A DNA stretch of 64,000 bases. Origin: a virus. Its lineage: Duplodnaviria > Heunggongvirae > Uroviricota > Caudoviricetes. Positions 11,385 to 21,927 of this stretch are shown piece by piece. Within the stretch, counting starts at the first letter, position 1, and every line of letters starts with the position of its first letter. The stretch lies in IMG/VR virus record IMGVR_UViG_2878480445_000013. One strand, written 5' to 3'. Under the pieces are notes generated by a model. The model searched no databases. It was not told the DNA's origin and saw only the letters and a list, made by a program, of their open reading frames with translations. Both the position numbers and the translations under genes were made by a program.

Positions 11385-11455
11385 AATGATTTCCTCCTTC
11401 TAAAAAAAATTGAGGCCCAGATCACTCTGAACCTCGTGCTGTGGTTATTTGGTTG

Positions 11456-12160
11456 TTACGGAATCAGCAGTTTCATGCCGACCCGGATAGCGTTGGAAGT
11501 CAGCCCATTCAGCACACGGAGATCTGCACAGCGGCTGCCACTCCCCAGTTCCCTTTCTGCGATCTTCCAGAGATTATCACCGGGAACCACAGTATAGATC
11601 TTGCTGGCTGTGAAGGCATAGGTATCCGCACTGTTAAGAACGTAGGCCAAACCACTCACCGCTTCCGGGCACTTTATTTTCAGCCAGCCCGCACAGAATT
11701 CCACGATTTCAATCAGTGTGTTCCTTTTGTAAACGGTCACGACTTCTGCGCCAGTGTCCGGCATCTCCCGAATATTCATGAGGGTCTTGAGTTTGCCGTA
11801 GGCAATGGTTGCCGGAAGCTCCTCTGCAGTCGGGAACTCGTTCTCATCCACTTCAGCCTCTGCTTCTTTCTCCGCTGGGGTATCTTCCACAGGGACTGTG
11901 GTTTCTGGCTTTTCTTCCGGGATATCGTCCACGACTGCTTTCTCTTCACTCTCATCTGCACCAGTATCTGGTACAGCCTCTTCCGGATAAATCACGTTGC
12001 CGTCATTGTCGAACACACGGCTGCCGGGGTTTTCATCACACTTGGCTTTTGCATTCGCCAGCAGACGGTACGCTCCCAACTGGGATGCCTCATCTTCCCA
12101 GACTTCACGCACACGATAATAGCCGTTTGTCAGCTTTGCGGGATACTCTTTCTTACTCAT
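11456..12160 (-). CDS. LysM-domain cell-wall-binding protein (SH3-like N-terminus, acidic linker, C-terminal LysM)
   Basis: C-terminus YTVVPGDNLWKIAERELGSGSRCADLRVLNGLTSNAIRVGMKLLIP is a LysM motif. N-terminus YYRVREVWEDEASQLGAYRLLANAK resembles the endolysin SH3-like repeat. Confidence 0.6.
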   Translation of the reverse strand: MSKKEYPAKLTNGYYRVREVWEDEASQLGAYRLLANAKAKCDENPGSRVFDNDGNVIYPEEAVPDTGADESEEKAVVDDIPEEKPETTVPVEDTPAEKEAEAEVDENEFPTAEELPATIAYGKLKTLMNIREMPDTGAEVVTVYKRNTLIEIVEFCAGWLKIKCPEAVSGLAYVLNSADTYAFTASKIYTVVPGDNLWKIAERELGSGSRCADLRVLNGLTSNAIRVGMKLLIP

Positions 12161-12213
12161 ATTGCTTTCCTCCTACTAATGAGGGAGAGACTCATCACCT
12201 CTCCCCGTTTTCC

Positions 12214-12632
12214 TTACTCTTTGTTCTGCTTGTCGCTCGTTTCTTCCTTCAGCTGTGCCAGCATCTCCTTCAGCTTATCCGGCACCGGAAGGCCAATGAC
12301 AGCCGCATTTTCGAGGCAGCTCAGACCTTCATTTGCCAAATAGAAAAACACAACAGCAGTCTGATAGCTGCGCCATTCTGAAGAATCTGCGTATCAATGA
12401 TGTTGGCAATGCCAACCAGTACGAAGATACACACCTTCTTGGCAATACCCTTAAAGCCAACTTCAGAAGAAAGTTCATGCTTGATGGCTGCTGCCAACAC
12501 CCCGGTGAAGTAGTCGCAGACCACAAACACCACCAGTGCATAAAGGAAGCCATCAAATCCGCCGAAGAACCAGCCCAGGAAACCACCCAGACCTGCGAAC
12601 ATCCACTCAATCTTATCGATCACATTCTGCAT
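12214..12632 (-). CDS. holin, phage_holin_4_1 family; frame break near 12335-12345
   Basis: ORF 12321..12662 reads MQNVIDKIEWMFAGLGGFLGWFFGG...GIANIIDTQILQNGAAIR then LLLCFSIWQMKV*. The +2 frame continues AVVFFYLANEGLSCLENAAVIGLPVPDKLKEMLAQLKEETSDKQNKE* to a stop at 12214, which is the canonical holin C-terminus. Confidence 0.7.
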
Positions 12633-12768
12633 AATCTTGTCCTTTCCAGCCCTTTTGGGCATAAAAAACAGGCGGTATCTCTGCCGCCCTTACGAAAAAA
12701 TACTCCTTCTATAATGAACACTGTTTCACAGCAAATAACAGACACTTTGCGTGAAAATCAGTGGAAAT

Positions 12769-15417
12769 TTATTTTCCGAATGCACGGATTACAGATCCTA
12801 CCACACATTCTCCGATTCTGGCGTAGCCTTCCGTACTGCAATGGAGCTGGTCGCCATTAAACGGATACGGCGAAGATCCCGTATATTTTTCCAGAATAAT
12901 GCTGCCATTCCGCTTCTGATAATAGGACTGTCCGTTCACATACCGCTGTGGTACACTTCCAACCACCCTGCCGGATGCATCTAGCTGATATTTGGCATAC
13001 TGCTCGTTCACAGCATTCTTCTGTGCGCCAAAGACACTCCAAGTCCTGCGGTTGATCCCACTCTCATGCCAGAGATCACAGACTGCCACATTATTTACCT
13101 GCGCCACAGCCTTGATCGTATCTGACAGTTTTTCCATTGTCTGGCCAGTTCCGGTCGGATATTCTTCGTATCCGTCTGCATCCACATACGGATATTTGCC
13201 CGCACAATGCGGCGTTGCCACCAGCACATGACAGAGCAGATTCCCGGCATCCTCCAGTTCTTCATAGATGCGGTTTAAAAGATACTGGATTCGACCACAG
13301 ATAGTCTCCTTTTCCGGGTAGCAGTCTCCTACCGAACCGAGTACCGTTGCTCTTTCGTTGTAGGCCGGCAGCACAATGATCAGGCTGACACCTTCTACGT
13401 CAGCGGCCATCAGCGGCCGCAGGACACCATTCTTATCCGTTTCTGCATTGTACGTTCCATCCAGACCGTTGTCACCGTCCGTCATCCGAAGGATTCCGAT
13501 ACCGCCCTTTGCATGGGTAGCAACATTCATACCGAGCAATTCTTCCAGCTTCTTCTGCCATTTTCCAGCCGCCGTAATGCTGTCACCAATGACCAGAGCC
13601 TTCTTCCCTTTCCAGCTACCGGACAGTTCCGCATATCCGGCAGCAACAGCTTTCTCTGCGGTATCAGATGCCACTGCATGATCTGCCTTTTTCGCTGTCT
13701 CCGCTTTTTCAGCATGATCCGCTTTTACTGCCACTTCCGCTTTTTCTGTAAGAATGGCGTGTGTCGCATTCTTCACAGCGGAGGCACGTTCCGTTATGCT
13801 GCTGTGACTGAGTGCCTCAATCTCCTCATTGGAAAGCCCAGTCACGTTCAGCACCCACATGGTCACAACAAAGGAAGTGTAATTGGAACCCGTCAACTGC
13901 ACCGCAAAATTCAGATTATCCTTTCCACCAGCATATTCGTAAACCAGATTCATTTGAAACGGAAGCGTTGCTTTGTTCAGTGTTCCACACGGCACACGTT
14001 TTGCCCAGTTTGGAATACCCGGTTCGATGATGCCAATGGATACCTCTCCCAGCTGTGTGTCATCCGTTTCTACAGATTCCACCCTGCCAAAGACAAGATA
14101 CTTCCCGGCAGCCAGACCACTCAGCCGTACTCCGCCGAACACGCCCCAGTCTTCGTTGCGGGTCACGGCAGCCTTTGCCCACGCATACATTGTGTCCTTT
14201 TCCTGAAACTTGCTGGAGAAAGGAATCATTTCAGAAAAGACAGGGCATCCATATGCTACATTGCCCAGCATTTCCCGTGTCTGGTCTGAAATGCCGGTTC
14301 TGTCTGCATACGGAACGCTCATGACTTTTCCGGCAATGCCCCATGTGTCATAATACTGAAGGATGCTGTCCTCAACCGGACTGCTGCTGATCAGTGACAG
14401 AACTTTCTGCAGTTCATCATCACTCTGTCCCGTCACATCCAGTAGGACACATCTGCCGTCACACTCCACTACAGCATCATTCCTTGCAACACACGGAGAA
14501 ATATCCAGCCTGTATGCATTCTCCAGAATCTCTCCGAAAAATACCACATAGATTTCATTTCCGTGAGCAACTCTTACCACCTTCGTCACATGAGTATTCA
14601 GATTTGCACCTTTGGAATCATACTGGTAGCAGCTCACACCGGCACAGGAGCCGGAAATTTCCCGGATCTTGGAGATGAACAGATATTTTCGGAATTTGCC
14701 CATCAGCATATTGGTAAAGCGATGGTAGAACTGACCGTAATCCGTAGTTCCCGTGATCCGGTAATCCAGAAATTCTCCTGCTTCACATTTAGCCCCCAGC
14801 AGAGCCGGCATCGCAGCCTTTGGGAACACCTCACCCAGATTACCATTGGAACCGGCAAGTGCCAGCTTTGCTCCGGTGATCCCATTCTCCACAGCCAGAC
14901 TGTACTGCCCACGGATTGCTTCACCAGCGGACGGATACACCGTTCCATCCTGCCCAACCCGGACATCAACCAGTTCCGCCGCATAATCTGCCTTAACGTC
15001 TGTAGAAGCTGTCACGTTTGCATCCAGCCGCTTGTTCATCTGTTCCACAGCTGTGTTCATGGCATCTTCTGTTTTCTGCATGGCAGACTGTGCATCGGAT
15101 ACTTTGGTGTTTACCCGGCTCTCTGCTTCCGATACTTCTTTGCTCATGGATGCTTTCGTTTCCGAAAGATCCTTGTGCATTCCTTCCACATCTTCTGCAA
15201 CATCCGTTTCCAGTCTGTACATCTGGGCGTTGAAATGACTGCACAGGCTCCAATAATCCGTATCGGACAGCACTGTACCTGCAGGGACTGGCTTTCTGGA
15301 AATATAACCATCCCCACTTTCCGCGTCCAGAACGATTGTCAGTTCCTCATATTCCTTTTTCTGATTCCATACGCCATCGTGTTTCGGAATGATCCGCTTA
15401 CCCTTAAAAGTTCCCAT
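12769..15417 (-). CDS. tail fibre / receptor-binding protein with C-terminal SGNH (GDSL-like) esterase domain, 882 aa
   Basis: The N-terminal 170 aa is 60-65% identical to the 17916..19226 protein. An ADHAEKAETAKKADHA linker precedes KKALVIGDSITAAGKW (SGNH block I), with further SGNH blocks downstream. Confidence 0.7.
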   Translation of the reverse strand: MGTFKGKRIIPKHDGVWNQKKEYEELTIVLDAESGDGYISRKPVPAGTVLSDTDYWSLCSHFNAQMYRLETDVAEDVEGMHKDLSETKASMSKEVSEAESRVNTKVSDAQSAMQKTEDAMNTAVEQMNKRLDANVTASTDVKADYAAELVDVRVGQDGTVYPSAGEAIRGQYSLAVENGITGAKLALAGSNGNLGEVFPKAAMPALLGAKCEAGEFLDYRITGTTDYGQFYHRFTNMLMGKFRKYLFISKIREISGSCAGVSCYQYDSKGANLNTHVTKVVRVAHGNEIYVVFFGEILENAYRLDISPCVARNDAVVECDGRCVLLDVTGQSDDELQKVLSLISSSPVEDSILQYYDTWGIAGKVMSVPYADRTGISDQTREMLGNVAYGCPVFSEMIPFSSKFQEKDTMYAWAKAAVTRNEDWGVFGGVRLSGLAAGKYLVFGRVESVETDDTQLGEVSIGIIEPGIPNWAKRVPCGTLNKATLPFQMNLVYEYAGGKDNLNFAVQLTGSNYTSFVVTMWVLNVTGLSNEEIEALSHSSITERASAVKNATHAILTEKAEVAVKADHAEKAETAKKADHAVASDTAEKAVAAGYAELSGSWKGKKALVIGDSITAAGKWQKKLEELLGMNVATHAKGGIGILRMTDGDNGLDGTYNAETDKNGVLRPLMAADVEGVSLIIVLPAYNERATVLGSVGDCYPEKETICGRIQYLLNRIYEELEDAGNLLCHVLVATPHCAGKYPYVDADGYEEYPTGTGQTMEKLSDTIKAVAQVNNVAVCDLWHESGINRRTWSVFGAQKNAVNEQYAKYQLDASGRVVGSVPQRYVNGQSYYQKRNGSIILEKYTGSSPYPFNGDQLHCSTEGYARIGECVVGSVIRAFGK

Positions 15418-15578
15418 AAAAAATCTCCTTCCTGCCGGTGTTTATCCGGCTGTCCTCATAACAGTTTCGGATAGTCACCCGGTCAGGGAGGAGTTCTTTT
15501 CTTATGGCGGTCAGGTTTTACCCCCCCTCGAACATTTTTTCGATATACCGCTTTTTCTTCATTTTAGTGTCCTTTCTC

Positions 15579-17931
15579 TTACTGTTCCAAAATTCCAAGT
15601 TCGATCATCTTCTTATACAGCATAGTTCCGATGACCGTCTTGGTTGCAGCTGTGTAATGAACGGAATCTGCCAACAGTGTCTGCGGAACCTGTCCCTGTT
15701 TGATACGCTCGATGTCCGCATCCGTGGGATCAAGGCCTGCATCGTCCAGACCATAGCAGCTGATGACCGTCTTGCCATCCGTGTCATACACCGGATGCGC
15801 CAGATACTCTCTGAGACTGACGAAACGTCTGCCAAACGCCTGCTTCATCTGCTTTTCATATTCTGCACGCTGGCTTTCCGTTCCAGACGAAAGGCCCAGC
15901 ACCAGATATTCCTTTCCCTTGAAGTGCTAATCATCTGCTGATGCATCCGGATCAGGTCTGTAAGGTCTGCATATCCTCCGTTCTGGCCTATGAAAAGGAT
16001 CATCACCTCGGAAGCCTGATTGTGCAGCCGGTCAAATGCAGTACGGACCGCAGTCGGACGCTTGATTGTGACAGCTTCACCAGCGACAGAACGTGTAAAC
16101 GTCCAGATGCCGTTGGTATCTGCATAGTTTGTGCCAGTCCAGCGGAGTGTGCCTTCTACCTCGCCAATCTTGACCGGATTGACGTGAGCTCCACCCTGCA
16201 AAAGCGGTGTTACCTTGTAGCCTTCTTCTGTCAGGATACCGGAATCCGTTTTTCGCACAGCAAGCGTCACTGGCTCACAAGCAGCCGGAATGGTAATGTT
16301 GTTGACCAGCATCACATCGGCTCCCTGACGGGCAGCAATCGTTCTGGCATTCTCGCCACCGGTACCGCCGTTGTAGACCGGAATCCCGGACAGCTTCTGA
16401 AGAGTGGACGTCCATCCACCTCCTGCGGTAAGAGAATCGCCCCAACAGACAATACCCGTCAGCACAGTCGCTTCTCCAGATTTTTTATTCGTGCTTCCTG
16501 CCCATTCAGTCTTTCTTCTGCCTTCTCCGCACCGGATTTCAGCTGTTCCAACGAAGCATCCACCTCTGCAAAGCGTTCTTTCAGCTTTCCGTGGTTCACA
16601 TAGGAACACCAGTAGGTGTATTTACTCTGGAAGAAGGTTGCCATATCTTCATTGGAAAAACTGTCATCCGCAAAAGCATAATCCTGCCAGTACCATTTCG
16701 GAGTCCATACAACAGGCTCCTCTCCGGAATACTTCCGGGTGTTCCAGATGCCAAACCAGCTGGCACTGAATGTTCCTGCTTCTTTCTGTACTCGGATTAC
16801 TTCCAGTATTTCCTGCGTAAAAGCAAACCGCCAGACATACATCTTTCGTTTTCCGTAAATGGTACGCTTCAGCACTGGTGAAACATTGATTGGATTCGTG
16901 AACTTACCATCCAGATAATAAGCAATCAACAGCCGGTTATCATACGCACCACCCTGAACACCTTCCGGACAGTTCTCGAATTCCTCGACCTCACAGAGAT
17001 AACAATACTGATAGCCTTCTTCAAACTTCCGGAGCATCTCGTCAAAGGACATCATGCCGCTCAGCTGCTTGGCATATCCCTGGTTATGCGGCTGATCGGA
17101 TTCTTTGCTCAGACCGATGCTGAACTCGACCACCTGGTCAAAACCTGTACCGCTGATCTTTGCACTTGCCCGGTTGCCGGTACTCTGGAATCCAAAACGG
17201 TAGGCATATGGATACTTCTCCGGGTACGCCAGCGTATCCAGCCCAAACGAATAACGCACTCCCGGATGATTCAGCAGTTCCTCCGCCGGGACGAGGAAGA
17301 AGTTATCTGCAATGACCGCACTCCCTGCGCTTCCGGCATACCCGGCTTCCTCTGCACTCTCAGCCTCCTTTGCATGGGTAGCACTTCCGGCTTCGTTAGC
17401 AAATGTCGCTGTTTCTGCATGGTCTGCACGGCTTATAAACCGTGACCGGGCAATGAAGGACTGCTGGTTTACAATAGAGGTTGTCAACTGGATCTGTCCC
17501 AGATTTTCTACGATTTTGTCATTCAGAAAACTGCCTGCGAAAACGATATACAGCGGTTTCCCCAGTGCAATGACTTTTTCCACCATCTCCTGTTCCAGAG
17601 GGTAAAATATCCGGGAACCGACCGTAACGGATGTGGTAATGATCGGGGTGACCGTGGATGCCCAGCTTCCAATACTGTTGACATAAAAGCGAACTTTCAC
17701 TTCTGCCCCTTCAAGCTCCTTGTTTCCTTCCGGTCCGATGCCCTCCAGAGTCAGTTCCAAATACAGCCGGTCCAGCCGTTTCAGCTTCATCATCTGTTCA
17801 TAGGAAATGCAGTAAGCAAAATGCAGAGATGACCATTGGGGCTTTTCATACTGTGTCACATAGGCAGCATGGTCAAACTTGAATACCACATTCTGACCAT
17901 CCACCTCTGCTCCCGTCACACCTTTTGACAA
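15579..17931 (-). CDS. tail fibre protein 2 with C-terminal GDSL/SGNH hydrolase domain; two frame breaks
   Basis: ORF 16459..17931 (490 aa) has an ADHAETATFANEAGSATHAKEAESAEEAGYAGSAG linker like the 882-aa fibre. It ends ...EARIKNLEKRLC* inside a T6/A6 homopolymer at 16471-16476. One extra A gives ...EARIKKSGEATVLTGIVCWGDSLTAGGGW (GDSL block I) in the 15845..16609 ORF. A second break near 15850-15900 joins the 15579..15902 ORF, which is the SGNH C-terminus. Confidence 0.6.
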
Positions 17932-19226
17932 TGCGCCATTTGTGTTGTCCTCGGCCCAAAATAATAAGATACCGGCAGCCTTGGTGCTGCCATTGCATCG
18001 ATCAGTTTCAAACGCTCAGCCAGGCTGTCATATTCCACACCTGCAGAGTCTGTATGACAGTCCGTCACCTCTTTCAGGATTGCCTCGTGCGCCCGCAAAA
18101 GCTGTGGTAGGGATGCCTCTCCGGCTCTGGCATTGATGATTTCCTGCTCCAGAATCCGCAGACAGTCATGCTCAGAAACATATTTCCATCCAAGATCTTT
18201 GACAGCTGTTGTTTCATACGCATACACATAAAACTCACTGTCCTGTGCAGCAGCTTTTTCCCTGCGGATACAGAAATAGAGTTTTCTGGATGCCGTGTAC
18301 TTCGTCACAAACTCTTCCCAGCGGCTTTCGGAAAAATCCAGATCAAACGCTGCCAGATAGCCGTTTTCCTCATTCAGCTTTACTGCACTGAGGGGCACAC
18401 AGCCAACTTTTCCATTATCACTGCCCCATGCATTCGGGGAGTTCGTAATGATAGCCTGTCCTTCATACGGCACCTGATTACTCAGAATAACGATCCGGAA
18501 CGACTTTTCTTTGCACTCTTCATAGGAACCGAAGAAACCAAGAAAGGTTCCCGTGTAACCAGAAACATGATGAACCAGGCAGCGGACAGCTGCACCTTCC
18601 ATACTATTCTGAACAGTATTCTCATTCCGGTATGCAGTTCCCATTTCTACCGGAACGATTTTTCGTAGCAGGCCTGCTGTAATACTGCGCATGGCTTCCC
18701 CGGCACTCGGATAGGTAGTCCCTTCACTGTCCACTCTGGTATCCACCAGTTCTGCGGCATAGTCCGCCTTGCTGTCCGTGGATGCCGTCACATTTGCATC
18801 CAGACGTTTATTCATCTGGGCAACTGCCGCATCCATGCCATTCTGAGTACTCTGCATTGCTTTTGTCGCCGCGTTGACATTTGACGTTACACGATTCTCC
18901 GTTTCGGACAGTTCTTCCGCCATTTTCTGATGAGTCTGCGAAAGTTCCTCACTCATCGCAGACTTCGTATTGGCAAGGTCTGTGTGCATTCCTTCCACAT
19001 CTTCTGCCACATCCGTTTCCAGACGGTGCATCTGGGCATTGAAATGGCTGCACCTTGCCCAGTAGTGCTCGTTTGTGAGTAGCGTACCGGCGGGAACATC
19101 ATACCGGCTGATATAGCCATCCCCCGTTTCCGGGTCAAGAACGATCATCAGCGGTTCATAACTTCTCGCCTTGTCCCAGTCTCCCTCATGCCGGGGAATG
19201 ACTCTCTTTCCAAGAAATTCTCCCAT
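17916..19226 (-). CDS. tail fibre N-terminal module protein (paralog of the N-terminus of the 12769..15417 protein)
   Basis: MGEFLGKRVIPRHEGDWDKARSYEPLMIVLDPETGDGYISRYDVPAGT...CSHFNAQMHRLETDVAEDVEGMH...AQMNKRLDANVTASTD..YPSAGEAMR aligns with the 882-aa protein N-terminus. ATG at 19226. Confidence 0.65.
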   Translation of the reverse strand: MGEFLGKRVIPRHEGDWDKARSYEPLMIVLDPETGDGYISRYDVPAGTLLTNEHYWARCSHFNAQMHRLETDVAEDVEGMHTDLANTKSAMSEELSQTHQKMAEELSETENRVTSNVNAATKAMQSTQNGMDAAVAQMNKRLDANVTASTDSKADYAAELVDTRVDSEGTTYPSAGEAMRSITAGLLRKIVPVEMGTAYRNENTVQNSMEGAAVRCLVHHVSGYTGTFLGFFGSYEECKEKSFRIVILSNQVPYEGQAIITNSPNAWGSDNGKVGCVPLSAVKLNEENGYLAAFDLDFSESRWEEFVTKYTASRKLYFCIRREKAAAQDSEFYVYAYETTAVKDLGWKYVSEHDCLRILEQEIINARAGEASLPQLLRAHEAILKEVTDCHTDSAGVEYDSLAERLKLIDAMAAPRLPVSYYFGPRTTQMAHCQKV

Positions 19227-19255
19227 TGTATCTCCTTCCTGCCGGATCTCCGGCA

Positions 19256-20017
19256 TCATTGTTCTTTTTCTTCTCCATACTGGATGACCAGTTGTGATTC
19301 TTCATCCAAAGAAAACACCAGACCCAGATCATCCCAGGACTGAAAATTCAGATAGCCGTTTCCGTCAATGGAGCTGTTGACCATCTTGTCATACACATCT
19401 GCTGCCACCTTTTCCATCGTACTGGAATAAGATCCTTTCATCAGCCCCAGTTCATCGTCCGACTCCATGACGAGATATCCATCCTCGGAAATATAGAAGC
19501 CCTGAATGCCAGACATCGTTGCATCCACGCACTGCTTATAAGTCAGCGTTGCGATCTTCCGGTTCGTGATCGCCGCCCGTGCCACATTCAACGTCAGGTT
19601 GAACATTCCCAGCACATCCCCCTCATCAGAAAGAAGGTAAATGTCGATGGGAAAACGACCATATACTTCCGTCATAAAAGAAGTGACGGTCAGGATGATC
19701 GTACCGGAATCCACAAACACAAGCTCCGGTCTGGATTCGCTGGAATACTGGAACACCGCTCCATCTGGCCTTGTACCCGAATAACTGACGATGGTACCTT
19801 CCTGCACAACATATTCCACCGAATTCTGATATAGTCGGCATCTGACTTTTCGTGCCTGATTGTCAAACTGTTTGACTGGGATCTGGACAGGGATCAGATT
19901 TTCCGTGAAAGACAGTTCAATCTCCTGAAAGATCCGGACTGGTTTCACTGTTGTTACTGCCGTCTCCTGTGCTTCCTGTGTCTGTATTTCCACTATTTGT
20001 TTCCTCCTTACTGCCAT
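19256..20017 (-). CDS. tail/baseplate-associated structural protein (hypothetical)
   Basis: Intact 253-aa ORF between Tal and the fibre genes. GGAGGAGG RBS before the ATG at 20017. An alternative GTG start at about 19993 follows AAGGAGG. Confidence 0.5.
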   Translation of the reverse strand: MAVRRKQIVEIQTQEAQETAVTTVKPVRIFQEIELSFTENLIPVQIPVKQFDNQARKVRCRLYQNSVEYVVQEGTIVSYSGTRPDGAVFQYSSESRPELVFVDSGTIILTVTSFMTEVYGRFPIDIYLLSDEGDVLGMFNLTLNVARAAITNRKIATLTYKQCVDATMSGIQGFYISEDGYLVMESDDELGLMKGSYSSTMEKVAADVYDKMVNSSIDGNGYLNFQSWDDLGLVFSLDEESQLVIQYGEEKEQ

Positions 20018-21920
20018 CGCTTTCGCCTCCTCCCTGCCCGGTGTTGTCCGGTTCTTCTGGCTCTACTGGTTTCTCTGGTTCTTTTGGGTCTTCTGGCTCA
20101 TATCCAACAGTTCGCCAGTTTTCTCCATCCCACAGTTTCAGCCGCAGATTCTTCTTATCGACCCACAATGCATCGTTCCCCGGCTCCTCTGGTGCGGTTT
20201 CCGATACTGGGATACTCGGCTGATACTTTTTATCCAGTTCTTTTTCGACATCTTCCGACAACTTCTTTGCCACGCTGTATCTCTCATCCAATTCCTTTTG
20301 CAGTGCTTCCGAAAGTGTCGTGACATTTCCATACCGGCTGTCCAATTCCTCAGCCAGTTCTTTGGATAACTTCTTTGCAGTTTCATACCGCTGATCCAGC
20401 TGCTCTTGGAGTTCGGAAGAAAGCGCTGTTGCCGTCTTATACCGATCATCCAGTTCTTTCAGCAATTCCTCGGAAAGCTCCGTAGCTTTCTTGTAGCGGT
20501 CATCCAGTTCCTTGAGGGTCTGTTCCAGCAGGATTGCTGTCTTGACTGCGGTGTCATCCGACTCCCAACCATAACCCCACGTCTTACCGCCATCCGTGGA
20601 TACAAACAACCCGGCAGAGCTGTTCTTCCATGCGACCGTTGACTGTTTCAAGGCTGCAGCATTGAATGCATACCGGACCGTATTGCCTTTGCTGTCCGTC
20701 TCATTCTTATAATGAAGGCCAAACAGTGCGGCAAAAAGCGCACCGTCATAAATGATGGATGCTGTGATTCCACCGACCTGCTCCCCCACTGCTGTCTCCG
20801 CACGGACCGCTGTATCGTAGGCAATCGTTGCTGTATTCCGGATGCTGTTGAGTGAACCAGTCAGGGAGGAATTCCGGCTGCTAACCGTGGAGTTTGAAAG
20901 CGTGATGCTGTTATAGCGTTCCAGCAGCGTGTCATACTCGGTTTCGGTGACTTTGGAACTGACTTCGATTCCCAGCTTTGAGATAAACACATGGACCGTA
21001 TCGCAAAGGGAAACACGCTCTGCTTCCACAATGTCCTCATACCCCGGCGTATTCCAGAGCTGCAAAAAGTCGATCTTGATATCGATCTCCGGCTCTGTTA
21101 AGTCCGTGGTGTCGATATAGTTCTGTGCGTATTCCCGAAGTGCCGCTTCACTCGGCTTTTCCTGAAAATTGCTGGTACAATCCAGCACGGTGATCTTCTG
21201 GTAGGGGATCGACCGTTTGCTTTGCAGCACCACCTTCTCCGGCAGTTCCATGACTGCCTGCGTTTCGTTGTCTACCCAGTACGGATGCACCCCTGTAATC
21301 GTGTTCTCGATGGACTTTTCCATCTTGAAATCCGTCAGGTTCTTACCGTAGATGATGTGGACGTTATGGTCGGCACCTCTGGCCTTATGGAACTTGACCG
21401 TATACCGGTCCCACTCGAACTCACCGCCAAAAACATCCAGAACTGACCCGGCCATACCTCCAAGGCAGTTTCGGAAGGAGGATGGAACTCCCAACGTAAA
21501 GGTTGCACTGGATTCCACATCCGCCCAGACATTAAACGGACAGTCAGAAGCCGCATGGCTTTTCAGCCCCCGCATTGCCCCGACACAGCCGGTCACTGAA
21601 AACGGCGATACCGTGATAAAGTTGAGCTGGTAGGAAATATGCCGTGCCTGCACTTCCAGCTTGCCATCAATCGGGGTTGTGATCTTGTAGATTCGGAACG
21701 GCTGAGACTGCATGGTATCGGATGGCTTGGCAAGGATGATATTCCCCTCCTCCAGCATCTCTGCATGGATACCTTCCGCCGGGCAGATGAGCTTCAGCTC
21801 ATAGCTTCCGTTTCTCTTTTCCGTTACGGTACAGGACTGTGCATCTGCCAGCTTTCCGATGCCGTTATGGTCAAATTTCATTTCTCTGGAATCATATAAA
21901 CATGGGATCACTGGCTGCAC
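19917..21920 (-). CDS. tail-associated lysin / prophage tail endopeptidase (Tal), with coiled-coil repeat region and acidic G/S-rich C-terminus
   Basis: The N-terminal about 350 aa resembles the siphovirus prophage endopeptidase tail family (PCLYDSREMKFDHNGIGKL...). Tandem 14-aa repeats of the form ELDxRYxxAxxLSxEL sit at about residues 465-560. Confidence 0.7.
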   Translation of the reverse strand: MQPVIPCLYDSREMKFDHNGIGKLADAQSCTVTEKRNGSYELKLICPAEGIHAEMLEEGNIILAKPSDTMQSQPFRIYKITTPIDGKLEVQARHISYQLNFITVSPFSVTGCVGAMRGLKSHAASDCPFNVWADVESSATFTLGVPSSFRNCLGGMAGSVLDVFGGEFEWDRYTVKFHKARGADHNVHIIYGKNLTDFKMEKSIENTITGVHPYWVDNETQAVMELPEKVVLQSKRSIPYQKITVLDCTSNFQEKPSEAALREYAQNYIDTTDLTEPEIDIKIDFLQLWNTPGYEDIVEAERVSLCDTVHVFISKLGIEVSSKVTETEYDTLLERYNSITLSNSTVSSRNSSLTGSLNSIRNTATIAYDTAVRAETAVGEQVGGITASIIYDGALFAALFGLHYKNETDSKGNTVRYAFNAAALKQSTVAWKNSSAGLFVSTDGGKTWGYGWESDDTAVKTAILLEQTLKELDDRYKKATELSEELLKELDDRYKTATALSSELQEQLDQRYETAKKLSKELAEELDSRYGNVTTLSEALQKELDERYSVAKKLSEDVEKELDKKYQPSIPVSETAPEEPGNDALWVDKKNLRLKLWDGENWRTVGYEPEDPKEPEKPVEPEEPDNTGQGGGESDGSKEETNSGNTDTGSTGDGSNNSETSPDLSGD
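20225..20530. repeat. about 42-bp tandem repeats (6-7 copies) encoding coiled-coil heptad-like repeats in Tal
   Basis: Protein repeats are LKELDDRYKKATELSEEL / LKELDDRYKTATALSSEL / QEQLDQRYETAKKLSKEL / AEELDSRYGNVTTLSEAL / QKELDERYSVAKKLSEDV / EKELDKKY. Confidence 0.6.
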
Positions 21921-21927
21921 CTCCCTC

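Noticed and set aside
14563-15474. 303-aa plus-strand ORF
   Set aside because: Antisense to the 882-aa tail fibre gene, which has clear domain homology.
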